Assembly: GCF_001194135.2 (NCBI RefSeq)
Contig: NC_068997.1
Coordinates: 404,050 to 461,688 of the forward strand
Direction of reading: 5' to 3'
Origin: Octopus bimaculoides
Taxonomy: Eukaryota
Length of the DNA: 57,639 nucleotides
A program made the position numbers and the translations under genes. Each line of letters opens with the position of its first letter. Within the stretch, counting starts at the first letter, position 1. Shown here one piece after another: positions 12,854-25,859 of this stretch. The notes under the pieces are model-generated. The model ran no database searches. It had not been told where the DNA came from and worked only from the letters and a program-made list of their open reading frames with translations.

Positions 12854-14358
12854 ACCTCTCCGTATTAATACTGCCTCTCTTACTAATATATATCTTTTAC
12901 CTCTGTTGTACCTTCCAGCCTCTCTTTCCTTATTGCTCTTATTGCACTCACCTACGGCTCCTTAACCCTCTGCTTCATTTTCTCTCACAGTTTCTCTACC
13001 TCCTTATCACTCTTTCACATCATTCCCTTTCTCTCTCTTACTCACAAGTCCTCCCCACATACCTCTTTCCTTTAATGACTCACTCAGAATTTCTCTCCAC
13101 TCTAATCAATTGCTCCCCTTCTCACTTTTTCTCGTATCTTCTGGTCACACACACCCCTATAATGTAGTGTATAGCTCTAGACCTCCCTACACAATCCACC
13201 CTGTCGGCTTTCTATTCTATCACCCACTTTTCTCAATAACCCCACCCTGCTATCAATTAGTACCTACCCTTCTTTCCTCGACCATCCTACAACTATAAAC
13301 CTGTTCCTCTCACTCATCCTCATCACCCTGCCTAAAATCATTGTATCTTCTCTCTTCTATTTCCCTCAGTTACAGGGGCCACTTTAGGCCCTTAGCCTTG
13401 CAAGTTAAAAAGCAATCTTCATAAGTAACAGCACCATGAAAAAAGCACTCACTACACCCTCTAAGGTGGTGGGCATGAAGAAGGTCATTCAGCCTTAGAA
13501 GCCATGTCAAATTAGACACTGAAGTGTGACAAATTCCTCCAACTCAGATCCTGTACAAGTGTCCAACTCCTACCAGCCTGGAAGCCTGGGTTTTAGATCA
13601 CGAAGATAATGATATGCAAATACAAATACATATGTATGCATATGCACTCACACACATATACACACACACACACACTGACATAAAGTTTGACATTTGTTAG
13701 CAGGGAGAGCTGGTTATGATGATGATAATGTCTATAACAATGACAATTATGAAGCTGCTGCTGAGAGTAGGGTGGTGACAAAGATCATGGCTATGATAAT
13801 GGTAGTGATAACAACGGAGATGATGATGATGATGATGGTGTATTTTAACTTGAAAATATCAACTGAGTAGAACAGACAGAGAGAGAAATAGTAAGAAAAG
13901 GCAGACAGATTGATAGAGATAGACAGATGCACAGATAGAGAGATAATCAGACAGAAAGATAGACAGACAGAAAAAAGAGAGAGGTAAACAGACAGAGATA
14001 ATAAGACAGGAAGACAGACAGATAAATAAATAGAACGGTAGACATAAGGAGAAACTGAGGCAGGTGGATTTGATACATGTGAGGAGAAACAGACAGTGAG
14101 CCGGACAGGTAGACTGACAAAATACAGGTTCTTTAGCAAGTTGACTTTGAAGTTTGGTAAAAAGGTGAATGTATCGCGAGTTGAAAGAAACGTGAAGTTA
14201 TTTTTAATCATTTAGTAACGAAAACTTCAGATGTGTTTCCACAATGTGGTGATGGTAGTGGTGGTGGTGGTGCTTGAAAATATAGATACGTATACATATA
14301 ACAGCTGTGTGTATATTTGTGATATGTGCACATGTAGCAACTGACAAACGACAACCAA

Positions 14359-14403
<45 letters not shown>

Positions 14404-14567
14404 TGATTATCATCCCTTTTCCATGCTGGCATGAGTTGGAGGGTTTGACAAAGAGCTGTCAAAACAAAATTGTGTCAAGCTCTGTTGTCTGCTGTGGCAT
14501 GGTTTCTATGGCTGGATGCCTTTCCTAAAAACAATGAATAGTTGGTGACTTATTCATTAAAACTAAT

Positions 14568-14692
14568 TGTAGTTCACTGAATCAGTGAACAGTCAGTGAA
14601 TGTAGTTCACTGAATCAGTGAACAGCTGGATTACTGCAGTTCATTGAAACAGTGAAGAGTTGGTTATTGCTATTCATAATAACAGTGAACAG
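14568..14692. repeat. 33-34-bp-period minisatellite with palindromic core gttcactga-a-tcagtgaac
   Basis: Units start at 14568, 14601, 14635 and 14668. The first two are identical over 25 bp; the later ones are degenerate. Confidence 0.8.
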
Positions 14693-15031
14693 CTTAGCAC
14701 AGTAGAAGCAAAAAATCTGGAACCAGACAAGAACTGTGCTAAATAATGGCTAGAAACTACACAATGATACTAATGAATAAAACCAAAGTAGAGTACATCA
14801 GTAATTCTGGTCTTTGTTGTTAAAGCCATATGATTGGTTCCATTGAAATTATTAAATTATTAACCCACAAAACCAACAACATGGCCTTTTGTAATTAATT
14901 AGCAATGAGATTACATAATGAGACTCTAGTACAAACAGTGGTGCTTTCAATGGATTCTTCATTTTTTTTTATTTATTTACATCTTGGCTCAAGTGTTACC
15001 ATTAATCATTGCAATTTTTAGTGGCGGTGGC

Positions 15032-15071
<40 letters not shown>

Positions 15072-16033
15072 ACAGCAGCAGCAACAGCAGTACTTGTGGT
15101 TTAGCTCCAGGTTTATTCTGATTGAGCTGATCTGTGATCAACAGCATTCCAGCAATGACCATCCTGTCTCTTAGAGGTCTCTAAGACTACATTATTTAAT
15201 GTATCCTACTCTTTTAAGAGAGTAGAGCATGACTAGAAGAGCAGATTTGGCTGCTAATTCTAACAGGTAACCACATAGAAGCTCGACACTACTACATTTG
15301 TGTCTTGGTTTTCAGGATTATAGTGTGTGGGCAAGATGCTGAATGTACAAAATAGTATGATGCATCTCTACGAGTTACATTTTATTGTGGCCCCAGACAG
15401 AATATTTTATCCTAGATTATACTGGAATTCTTAAATAATTAATTGTTGGTGAGAATGGGCATGGCTAGATTAACTGGGACCCAGTAGAATAGCATATACC
15501 ATATGATTGTATCTACTTACAACCAAGGCCAGCACTAGGAAGTGTGGGGCCCAATTAGAGAATTATCAGTGGAGCCCTCTACTCTACAAAAGCTGAAGAT
15601 TGATGTTTTATGCTTCATGTAGTACACCAGTCCCAGCCAAAAGGCTTTGAGGGCTTGAGGCACCACCATTAGCCATAATGATATACTAAAAGTTGAAAGC
15701 TCATATGATAATTCTAATGTTTTATTACAAGACAAGTTATTTACAAACATGTTCTTTGTGAATAGGCCCTGTGCTTCTTGAGCTAACTGAGCTGAGCTGA
15801 TTATGATGCCCTGACCCTCAGATGTTACCAGGCACTCATTTTGCAGAAAATAAATATCACTGTTAAATAAAATGTTTTTCTAAAGTTATGGGGTAAATCC
15901 GCTTGTCACACGTAAAGATAAAATGAATCATGTGGATATTTTTGCTTAACACAGTCAAAGGGTTTAATTCATCATAGTGTCCTCCACTCGAGCATGTGCA
16001 CAGGGTCCAATTTGAACAAATTTGTCTAGGGAA

Positions 16034-16210
16034 ACTGGACTGTCAATAGCTAAGTGTCTTGGTCATAGACACAGTACAGTGAACTATACTGCACTGTGAT
16101 ATCTACTTACAGCTAGGTGGACTGGACTATTGCCAATGAAGTGTCTTGGTCATGGACACAGTACAGTGAACAATACCATACTGTGGTACCTACCTACAGC
16201 TAGGTGGACT
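16034..16210. repeat. Two-copy 87-bp tandem duplication
   Basis: aagtgtcttggtcat.gacacagtacagtgaa at 16052 and 16139. Confidence 0.75.
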
Positions 16211-19135
16211 TGGTCATTGTCAGTAAAATATGAATACTCCAGTGATTCATTCAACTGCTCTACCAACTTATTGAAATGGCTGAGTATTCTTCAGATACAA
16301 GTACTCTTACATAATACTCAGACAGAATTATTACAACACAACACAGTGTGTGACAAAGTTGACTCTTTTAATTACTGGTAGTGTTTATTTGCTGGGCTTC
16401 TACACTGTTTCTGCCCCCTTTAATTTCAATCAGAAGGATTGGTTCAATCCAAAACTATGGTAAATGATATCTCAAGAACCACTGTGTTTAAGGTTTTAGT
16501 GGGTTTTTAGACCACGAATTTAATATGATGTTCAGTCATCCTTTGATCGCTGTTAGAATCAATCCAGTGAGGAACAAAAACTCATGTGAGATTTGTGAAG
16601 ACTTCATGTACATGAGGGATTTATTCCGATCCAGGAGGAGAGCATTTACATTCAATAGAACAGAACGGAATTTGAATAAGGAAATGTTTTTGTCTTGACA
16701 CATTCCACGATTGGTGAAAGAGGATTTAAGGAAATTCAATCAAGACAGGAACAGAGATGGAGAAATCGTGACTACCTGCAGGCAGTGTGTGAGAGAAAGA
16801 GGATGTTACCTGTCTGAGCACGTCTTTTATAGCTGTAACGAGCGCCACCTAGTTGCTAACGATGTGACAGGGGAGATAACTATAGATGACTCATTAAAAC
16901 ATGATGGCACTGGATTCAAAAAGCTGTCTTAGAATTCTCAGAGGATTGTGTCTTGCGTGTACATTTCACTTTTGGCTTGGTTTTTGAATTTGGATACCCT
17001 TCTTATCACCAACTACTTCACAGAGTATACAAAGTGCATTTTTATCAAGGAACCAGCCCTAAAGAGGTTGTCATATCCCCAGCAAGAGGCAATCTGTTGA
17101 TACCAGTACGAAATATCAGCCTTTTCTGTAAAGTGTCTTTGGCGATCTTTACCAAAGATCGGCCTTTTCCGTAACACCCGCACAATCTTCACTAGGGTGT
17201 TAGGGTTAGGGTTAGTGGTTAGGGTTAAGAGAGATAGAGAGGGGGAGAGAGAGAGGGGGGGAGAGAGAGGGAGAATGTATGGTTCTTTTTTGTTTTTGCT
17301 TGCTGCTTACCACAGCCACTGTGGTAAGTAGCATGCCAACTTCAAAAGAAACCAGGCTCTCTCTATCTCTTTCGCGTCCTTTCCCATTTCCCTAATCCAA
17401 CACTTTTTACGGAAAATGCCGAAGTGATGTAAATAAACACACGTGGTCTAATGACATTCCTCGGACTACTAGCGAAGGATCACCCAGCAAGAATATAAAG
17501 GTCTTGCTAACCCTACGTTGTCTCTGCTTGTTTACCAATGTCTTTATAGAGAATACTTGGTGTATTCTATTGTGGCACCAACATGAGTGAGATTACCTTA
17601 TAGACTGCAAGATTGAAGTGTCTGCACTACTCTATGATGTGTTTAATTGTTCAAGTTTGAGAGTGAAATAATGAGAAAAAAAGGAGCGGTAGGATGGGAG
17701 AAGGCAAGAGCATGAAGATAAAAACTGTGGTTGGAGTGAGAGAATGGAGAGGGATAGACAAAGATAGACAGACACTGGGGAGTGGTAGATCGTTACAGGG
17801 AATCAGAAGACTGAGCGGTGGAAATGTGTACTAAGTACAAATAGAATCAATTCAACCCATTATATGTATGGCATGTAATGGGTGAGAGATGGCGGTTGAT
17901 AGTATAATTTATGTAAATAGGAGAGTACCAATAGAGTTTGTTATTCCGAGTTACATAGCCAGAATGGAACATTTAACGGGGGAGACCGTTTGTCATCCTT
18001 GGTTAGAGAGAGAGAGAGGGTGGAAGAGATGAGATGGGGTGGTAGAGAGAGGATGAAAGCGATAAGAGAGAGGCTGCGAAAGGGAGAAAGAGAGAGAGAG
18101 AGAGAGAGAGAGTATCGCAAAGACGCGAGGGAATGGAGCAGATGCCGACATAACTGGGACACGCATATGGTTTACACCACAATATTTGCTGCTGATCCAA
18201 CCCACACGCAACCACCAGTTACCCTACTTCCGGATTTCAAGACACCAAAAGAGTTGGGAAGTATTCCAGTCGTAGGATCATTGGAGCTGGTAGAGACAGC
18301 AGCCAAATCTGCCTTAAATTATTAACCCATGACCTGAGAAAAATAAACGACACGTTGAGCCATTCTGTCTTCTCTGTATATAGGGAAAAGGCAGAATGGT
18401 CGCGGCTGGAATGTCCTTCATTCTAGGTTTACTCCATTAAAGGTTGACCTGGAGCTATAAGAACTTCCGGTTGTTTTTTTTTGTGTGTTTACACGTGTAA
18501 ATAATATATAGACTATGTGTGTGTAACGCAGAATTGCTAAATTAAAGATATGTGCGGTGGTTGGTGGTGGTGGGAGATAATAGTAACCCCTCCCTTGTCC
18601 TGTCTATCGGTTTGATTAATCATTAATTCTCAACCCACCACCAGCACGCTTTAGAAACTTACATAACACATATACAACATACATACATACATCCATAATT
18701 ATATATAGGTCTATTCAATACATGTAGATATAATGCATCGCACACTGTTTACACACGTTGCAGGTCGAAACATCAAACACACACGCATTAGACCACTTAC
18801 TGTACACACACAACGTCAGAGGCTATTGTACACACATGTAGCAACGTAAACACTATTCACTGCGCACGCATACACACATACACACACACACACGCACACA
18901 GGCGCATTAACTAATGATTGCAATTTGGATGACGATAGTGGTGTTGGGGGAGGGAAGAAATAGTGGTGTTATTGGCAACGGTAGAAGTGAGGTGAACAGG
19001 AGGACAAACTGGGCGTTATGTAAAACGAAGGGTCAGATCTAACGTATACACACATTCACAAAAATATCTAGCATACGATTACACACACACACTCCACAAA
19101 CGGTGTGTAAACTGAGATCCATTCATAAGTAACTA

Positions 19136-20153
19136 CAGGGTTTTACCCCCCAGACTTTGGGAGGTCATAACTTTCAGAAAAATGAATATTTTTTTATGAA
19201 ATTTTCTATGCATATAGTATTTACTATGTAGAATCCGAATATACAAAAATTTCCGGTGAAAGTGTTTTGGAATGGGGGTGGGGGACAATTTTCGGAAATT
19301 CCAACAGAGTCCACTTAAATTCTTCTTAACTTCCAGGAAAATTAATATTTTTTCGTGAAATTTTCTACAAATATACCTTGATGTATGTACATTTCGAGCA
19401 TGTAGGAATTTTGAAGGAAACAACTGCAGGTTATTTTTGAGAAGCGTTCCCCACTCGGTGGTGTTTCGGAGCANNNNNNNNNNNNNNNNNNNNNNNNNNN
19501 NNNNNNNNNNNNNNNNNNNNNNNNNNNNNNNNNNNNNNNNNNNNNNNNNNNNNNNNNNNNNNNNNNNNNNNNNNNNNNNNNNNNNNNNNNNNNNNNNNNN
19601 NNNNNNNNNNNNNNNNNNNNNNNNNNNNNNNNNNNNNNNNNNNNNNNNNNNNNNNNNNNNNNNNNNNNNNNNNNNNNNNNNNNNNNNNNNNNNNNNNNNN
19701 NNNNNNNNNNNNNNNNNNNNNNNNNNNNNNNNNNNNNNNNNNNNNNNNNNNNNNNNNNNNNNNNNNNNNNNNNNNNNNNNNNNNNNNNNNNNNNNNNNNN
19801 NNNNNNNNNNNNNNNNNNNNNNNNNNNNNNNGAAACACCACCGAGTGGGGAACACTTCTAAAAAATAACCTGCAATTGTTTCCTTCAAAATTCCTACATG
19901 CTCGAAATGTACATACATCAAGGTATATTTGTAGAAAATTTCACGAAAAAATATTAATTTTCCTGGAAGTTAAGAAGAATTTAAGTGGACTCTGTTGGAA
20001 TTTCCGAAAATTGTCCCCCACCCCTATTCCAAAACACTTTCACCGGAAATTTTTGTATATTCGGATTCTACATAGTAAATACTATATGCATAGAAAATTT
20101 CATTAAAAGATATTTATTTTTCTTAAAGTTATGACCTCCCAAAATCTACCCTG
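19136..20153. mobile_element. Long-TIR (foldback) Tc1/mariner-like element with TA target, centre in an N gap
   Basis: TA|CAGGGT ... ACCCTG|TA. The roughly 320-340 bp arms on either side of the gap (19474-19831) are reverse complements with scattered differences. Confidence 0.75.
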
Positions 20154-21233
20154 TAGTTATGCCTTCATAAGTTATGCCTTCATAAGTTCCACATCAGTGG
20201 CTGAGAAGTGGGGAGGTGAGAACTATTGTTTTCTCCAACATCCTGAAAGGAAACTTATTCATATAGTGAGTGTTTGCTAATGATTGAACAAGTGTGTATG
20301 CATGGCTGCAAGCATGTATGTGTATATAAACACACACACACAGATATAGTAGGAAAAAATACTAAAACATAAATCAATGTTTGTAGAAATTGAATGACGC
20401 TATAACTCATCGCACACAATTTGTAAAGGTTTGAAAGAAATATGTGTGTGTGTGTGTGTGTACATGCATGTATGTATTATATCTAAGTGAAGCAAAAATG
20501 AGCAAAGTGAACAATGGTCCGTGTCTTCTATTCATCTAACAGAGACGAATAAGGGTACATTAAATACGATACAAGATGTCTGTTATGTGTCACTGGCACA
20601 GGTGCCTTTTACGTGCCACCAGTACGGACAACAACCACAATTCACTTAGCATGACATGTCTTCTCAAGCACAGGTAACTGTCAGAAGCCTTGGTCACATG
20701 TCATTGCCTCTGTGTGGCTCAATAATTGAATATCATATTTCCCTAGATCGTACTATATCTTCCTTGATTTACCCCTTCCACAATTAGAGATCAGGACTTC
20801 TTTATGCAGAAAAAGGGCATCAACTTTGACTGACTTGATGCTCCTTTATTTCATCTGTTACACATGTTTCAGTATTCTGAAACACATGGTATCATAATAT
20901 GCATGCAATCAGTAGATACGCTATTAAGGGCTGGCATGATCAGCAAACACATCACCAGACAACTGAGACAGAAATACAAGTGATAGACAAGGAGCAGCCA
21001 AATATAAACGTTTGGGAAGTAGAAGCAAAATGAGGAGAGCAAGAGGAGATAGGTTCGGGTACCGACCTACTTAACCACAGGCTGGACTGTTGTAAGGTTT
21101 GTCACTGAGCAGAGAATGAGGATGTAGGTCACATTTACTTGACTTTATGAGAGGAGAAGGATGAGTGAGAAGATAACAGGCCAGCAAAATAATGGCATGT
21201 ACTAAACTAGCCACTAATAACTACAAACGTATC

Positions 21234-21302
<69 letters not shown>

Positions 21303-23546
21303 TCATTATTAATATGCACACAGTGAGACAGCAAGCTGGCAGAATCATTAGCATGCCTGATAATATGGATATCCTGGCATTCCATCCATCTTAACATTCT
21401 GAGTTCAAATTCTTCAGCTTTGCCTTTCATCCTTTCAGGGTCAATAAAATAAGTACCGGTCAAGTACTGGAGGTCAATGAGTCAACAAGGTTCTGGATAA
21501 GTGTGTTAAGGTTGAAATTTATTGCAACAGCATGTTGCAAGATGTGAAAGATGAACAATGCATGAAGTTTTAAGGAAATGTTTACTTTTACTGTTACATG
21601 GAATATACCTTGCCTCGACAGGCAGGTGATAAAATCCTAGAGCATGCAAAGTAAAAAAGTTAATTTTGGCCTGTATGTTTTTATTGTAGTAGTAAACCAC
21701 AGAGAGAGGTATGGTAATGTGCAGAGAAGTGAAAGTATGGGACGAAACAAGTGCTCTGTTGGTAAGTTACCATAGTTGTTCTTTTTGTGTCCTTTTCTTT
21801 AGAGACAGCGTTTGTTCAGCTGGTAAGCCAGACTCCGTTCTCACAAACTGAGCTATCACCAAGTGGCTGAGTTATCACCAAATGACTAACTGATTGAGTT
21901 GTCATGAGCCGACTAACTGGGTTTTGCTTTGGGGTTCTTGCTTTTATAACTATCCAGAAGGATAGACATATCGTTGAGAACAACAGACTTCGTTGGTGGT
22001 ACTTGTTATCTTAATTCTAGCTTTTGGTGGAATAGAGGTTAGAGGGGTCAAGTGGTGAAGACATTATTTCGGCCTAGCTAAAGCTATATGGCAAATGTAA
22101 AACTGCTGTCACAGACAAAAACCATTGTTCCAGCATGAGAAAAGTTCTGTTGAAGTGTTAATTTAAATTTGGCTATGGTGGATCGAATTCCACTTCATGC
22201 CTGCAAGATTCATCACAAGTGTCTTCTAAGCCTTGTGAGTAGATTTAGTTGATGAAAACTGAAAGAAGCCCATCGTATATATAGCTGTGTGAGTGTGTGT
22301 TTTCACATGTCTCCCACCACTGCTCGACAACCGGTATTGGCATATGACATCCTGCGATGTAGTGGCTCAGCAAGAGCAACCGACAGAATGTCCCAGAATG
22401 ACTGCAGTCTTATGAAATACAGCCACACACATGTATGTATGTATGTATGTATGTATAGTATGTTTGTGTATTTGTGCGCATAATGTGTGTATATGTGTAT
22501 GTTTTCACATGATCGAACATGGATTGGAACTATCCATAAAATCTATAGGCCCATACAAAAACACACATCAAAACATACATATACATAAAAATGAATAAAT
22601 GGATCTCCGTTGATTTCGACGAGGTTTTCAATTCTTCGCTCAACTAAACAACCTACTCATTGAATTAGTGTCCAAATCAGTTCAGTATTCCACAGACACA
22701 TGCACCCTTAATGCAATCCCTATACAGAAACAGCAAGGCAGTGTGTGTGTGTGTGACAAAGCAGACCCCTTTGAAATACAGATATAACCTCTCCGACAGA
22801 CTAACACAGTATCCATCTACTCAAGGCTCAAATCGGACCGAGGATACTCGGTGGACGAAAAAATTCCAATAAGGGTTTAGAAGTATTGCGACTGATCCCC
22901 CTTTTTTGCGTCCACGATTATATTGCATACAAAAATAAAGTGTTTACATCTATTATATACACTGCGGCATGAGTACACTGGGCAGTTCTCCACAGGCAGC
23001 CACAAGCCCGGGGGACCAATTCTGATCTATGACTGCTTTGCCTGGCTGTCATTAAAAACATACAGATTTTCTCGAGATGTAGTATGTACACGCAAATCGG
23101 AAGACTGTACCTTCCAAAAAAAAAAAAAAAAACACTGTAAAAGTAGTTAAGTACCACCACTAANNNNNNNNNNNNNNNNNNNNNNNNNNNNNNNNNNNNN
23201 NNNNNNNNNNNNNNNNNNNNNNNNNNNNNNNNNNNNNNNNNNNNNNNNNNNNNNNNNNNNNNNNNNNNNNNNNNNNNNNNNNNNNNNNNNNNNNNNNNNN
23301 NNNNNNNNNNNNNNNNNNNNNNNNNNNNNNNNNNNNNNNNNNNNNNNNNNNNNNNNNNNNNNNNNNNNNNNNNNNNNNNNNNNNNNNNNNNNNNNNNNNN
23401 NNNNNNNNNNNNNNNNNNNNNNNNNNNNNNNNNNNNNNNNNNNNNNNNNNNNNNNNNNNNNNNNNNNNNNNNNNNNNNNNNNNNNNNNNNNNNNNNNNNN
23501 NNNNNNNNNNNNNNNNNNNNNNNNNNNNNNNNNNNNNNNNNNNNNN

Positions 23547-23580
<34 letters not shown>

Positions 23581-24060
23581 GCACATGCACAAATACATTT
23601 ACATATATCTACTTATAAAAGATGTACATGTTTATATGTTATATATGAAAATAAAATTTCATTGACATCAACACGTTAAAAAATATATATAAATTCATAC
23701 ATACATATACGTTCATAAATATGTACATACATAATACATATATGCCCATAAGTACATTCTAATATATTCGTACATTAAAGTATTAATATTTACACCCACA
23801 AATACATCGACCTGCTAGATATAGCAGCCAAATTTCCTTTAGCTCTCACTCCACCGTCTTAAAAATGGTCATAGATTAATTAATGTAGTCCCAGGCGTGA
23901 CAGTCCTTAATGAGACGTCTAATCACAGGTTTTCCGACCCTTACATCAACATAAACATATATATATAATACATACGTACACACACACACACATAGTATGC
24001 ATGTGTATGTATATGTGTGTACAAATATATAGTCTCATAGATAGATAAGATAGTACCTAC

Positions 24061-24297
24061 CTTGTTTAAATCAGCTTCGATTTCCGCAGCCCTTATAACA
24101 ATTGGTCCCCGAACCGCGTATTCCATTTCCTTTACATGGGGATTCATACTGGCCACCGATAGTACTTTGGTACGTCGAAGCTGACGTTGTAGGTTCCATT
24201 TCGGGGCTGGCTCTATGAATCCCGGGATTAAATTATGAAATCCACCACAGCACTGGCGAGATAAAACACTCACCGATTTCTGCCTAACACAGTGCAT
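24061..24297 (-). CDS. GPT2: Alanine aminotransferase (ALT2/GPT2-like), first coding exon with mitochondrial-type leader
   Basis: Translates MHCVRQKSVSVLSRQ...RRTKVLSVASMNPHVKEMEYAVRGPIVIRAAEIEADLNK. The KVL..MNP...EYAVRGPIV motif is the conserved ALT N-terminus. The exon ends AAG|gtaggt in phase 0, at the position where, as I recall, vertebrate GPT has an intron. The leader is Arg/Ser-rich and nearly free of acidic residues. No downstream exons were found in the window. Confidence 0.9.
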
Positions 24298-25859
24298 TAT
24301 TAAAGGTGGACTATGTGGTTAAGGTGTCGTTTCTAGGAGATGGGATCTGTTTTTCTTGGTTGTGTGGATGAACGTATCGGGACTGACTTACAGTGGAAGG
24401 AAGATGAGGAGGCGGATAAAACGGATTGTCTTGGTCGCAAGATATCCCCAACAACACCAGAATTAGTAGTACTGGTAGTAATAATAACAATAACAGTAGT
24501 TGTGGTACTGTAGTTAAAGTGAGAATGATATGTATAAGGTGGTTGTGGTGGTGGTAATTGTTGTTGCTACAAACCACTTGAGTTACGGCTGACTGACTAT
24601 CATAGCAGAGAGAGAGAGAGAGAATGATGATGGTGGGTGGGAAAAGAAACTTGTGATAATTCAGTCACGTTGTGGGACGCAGTTATTTCCCTTAGTTGGA
24701 CTCGCATCTCCTTGACACATGTACACAAAACACTCACATGCACAGAGCAACAGAGACACACATCGCAACCCATATTCCTCTACATATAGCATCTGTTAAA
24801 GTTAATTATTCGCATTAATGTATCTATGATTTAGTTCGCTGCACGAGCCTGTTTTACGTACTCCCTAAAGTTTCTCCGACACTATGGAAACTCCATAGTT
24901 CGTAAGCAGGCCACTGAATATGCTTTTACTTTCTAGGATTTGTTCACTACCAACGGGTATATATATATATATATATATATATATNNNNNNNNNNNNNNNN
25001 NNNNNNNNNNNNNNNNNNNNNNNNNNNNNNNNNNNNNNNNNNNNNNNNNNNNNNNNNNNNNNNNNNNNNNNNNNNNNNNNNNNNNNNNNNNNNNNNNNNN
25101 NNNNNNNNNNNNNNNNNNNNNNNNNNNNNNNNNNNNNNNNNNNNNNNNNNNNNNNNNNNNNNNNNNNNNNNNNNNNNNNNNNNNNNNNNNNNNNATATAT
25201 GGATGGATGGATGGATGGATGGATACACAGGCATATTGATACATTTGTAAAGGAAAACCATTCTAAATAGGGAGCCTCTACGTGGTCGCACACTTTGCTA
25301 GAAATAGCAGCCAAGTCTTCCTGCAAATTAACATCTCCCCACCACACACATACATGTATCATTGGAATGCCTTCTTTCATAAGACTGCTGGCACAGGACT
25401 GACCTGTGATCAAAGACATTCCATCCTTTTCTAAAACGTTAAGTCGTGCTTTGATAGTCATTTGGCTGCTATTTCATTTAGTCTTCTGCTATATGCGTGG
25501 CCTAGTGTTAAGAATATTGGGCTCACGATCGTAAGATAATAGGTTCGATTCCTGGACAGGGTAGCTCATTGTGTGTTGAGCAAAGCACTTTAAATCACGC
25601 ACTATCCTAGTGCTGGTGCAACTCCTACTCCTGGATGTTGTGCTGGATCAAGTGTAGGATGAACTAGAAGGTGTTGTATGTCTGCTCTTGACTGTATAGG
25701 CACCGAAAACAATTAGCGACAACGTGGGATTTGCTAACAAGTCATAACTTTCTTGTTAATGACAGCTGTGAATTTTTTTCTGTTTTTTTTTTTTAAACAC
25801 ACGCCCGCATGCGAATAAATACATATAAGCGCATAACACCAATGTTGTCCAGGCTGAAA

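Noticed and set aside
14568-14692. CRISPR array
   Set aside because: The linkers are only 8-9 nt and partly derived from the unit, there are no cas genes, and the context is eukaryotic and intronic. It is a minisatellite.
17195-17228. Telomere or chromosome-fusion site
   Set aside because: The TTAGGG runs are only 2-5 units long and lie inside MITE-like elements.
21762-21828. + strand splice signals suggesting an antisense spliced RNA
   Set aside because: The implied intron is 41 nt and the exon 20 nt. There is no supporting evidence; chance motifs or an LTR remnant are more likely.
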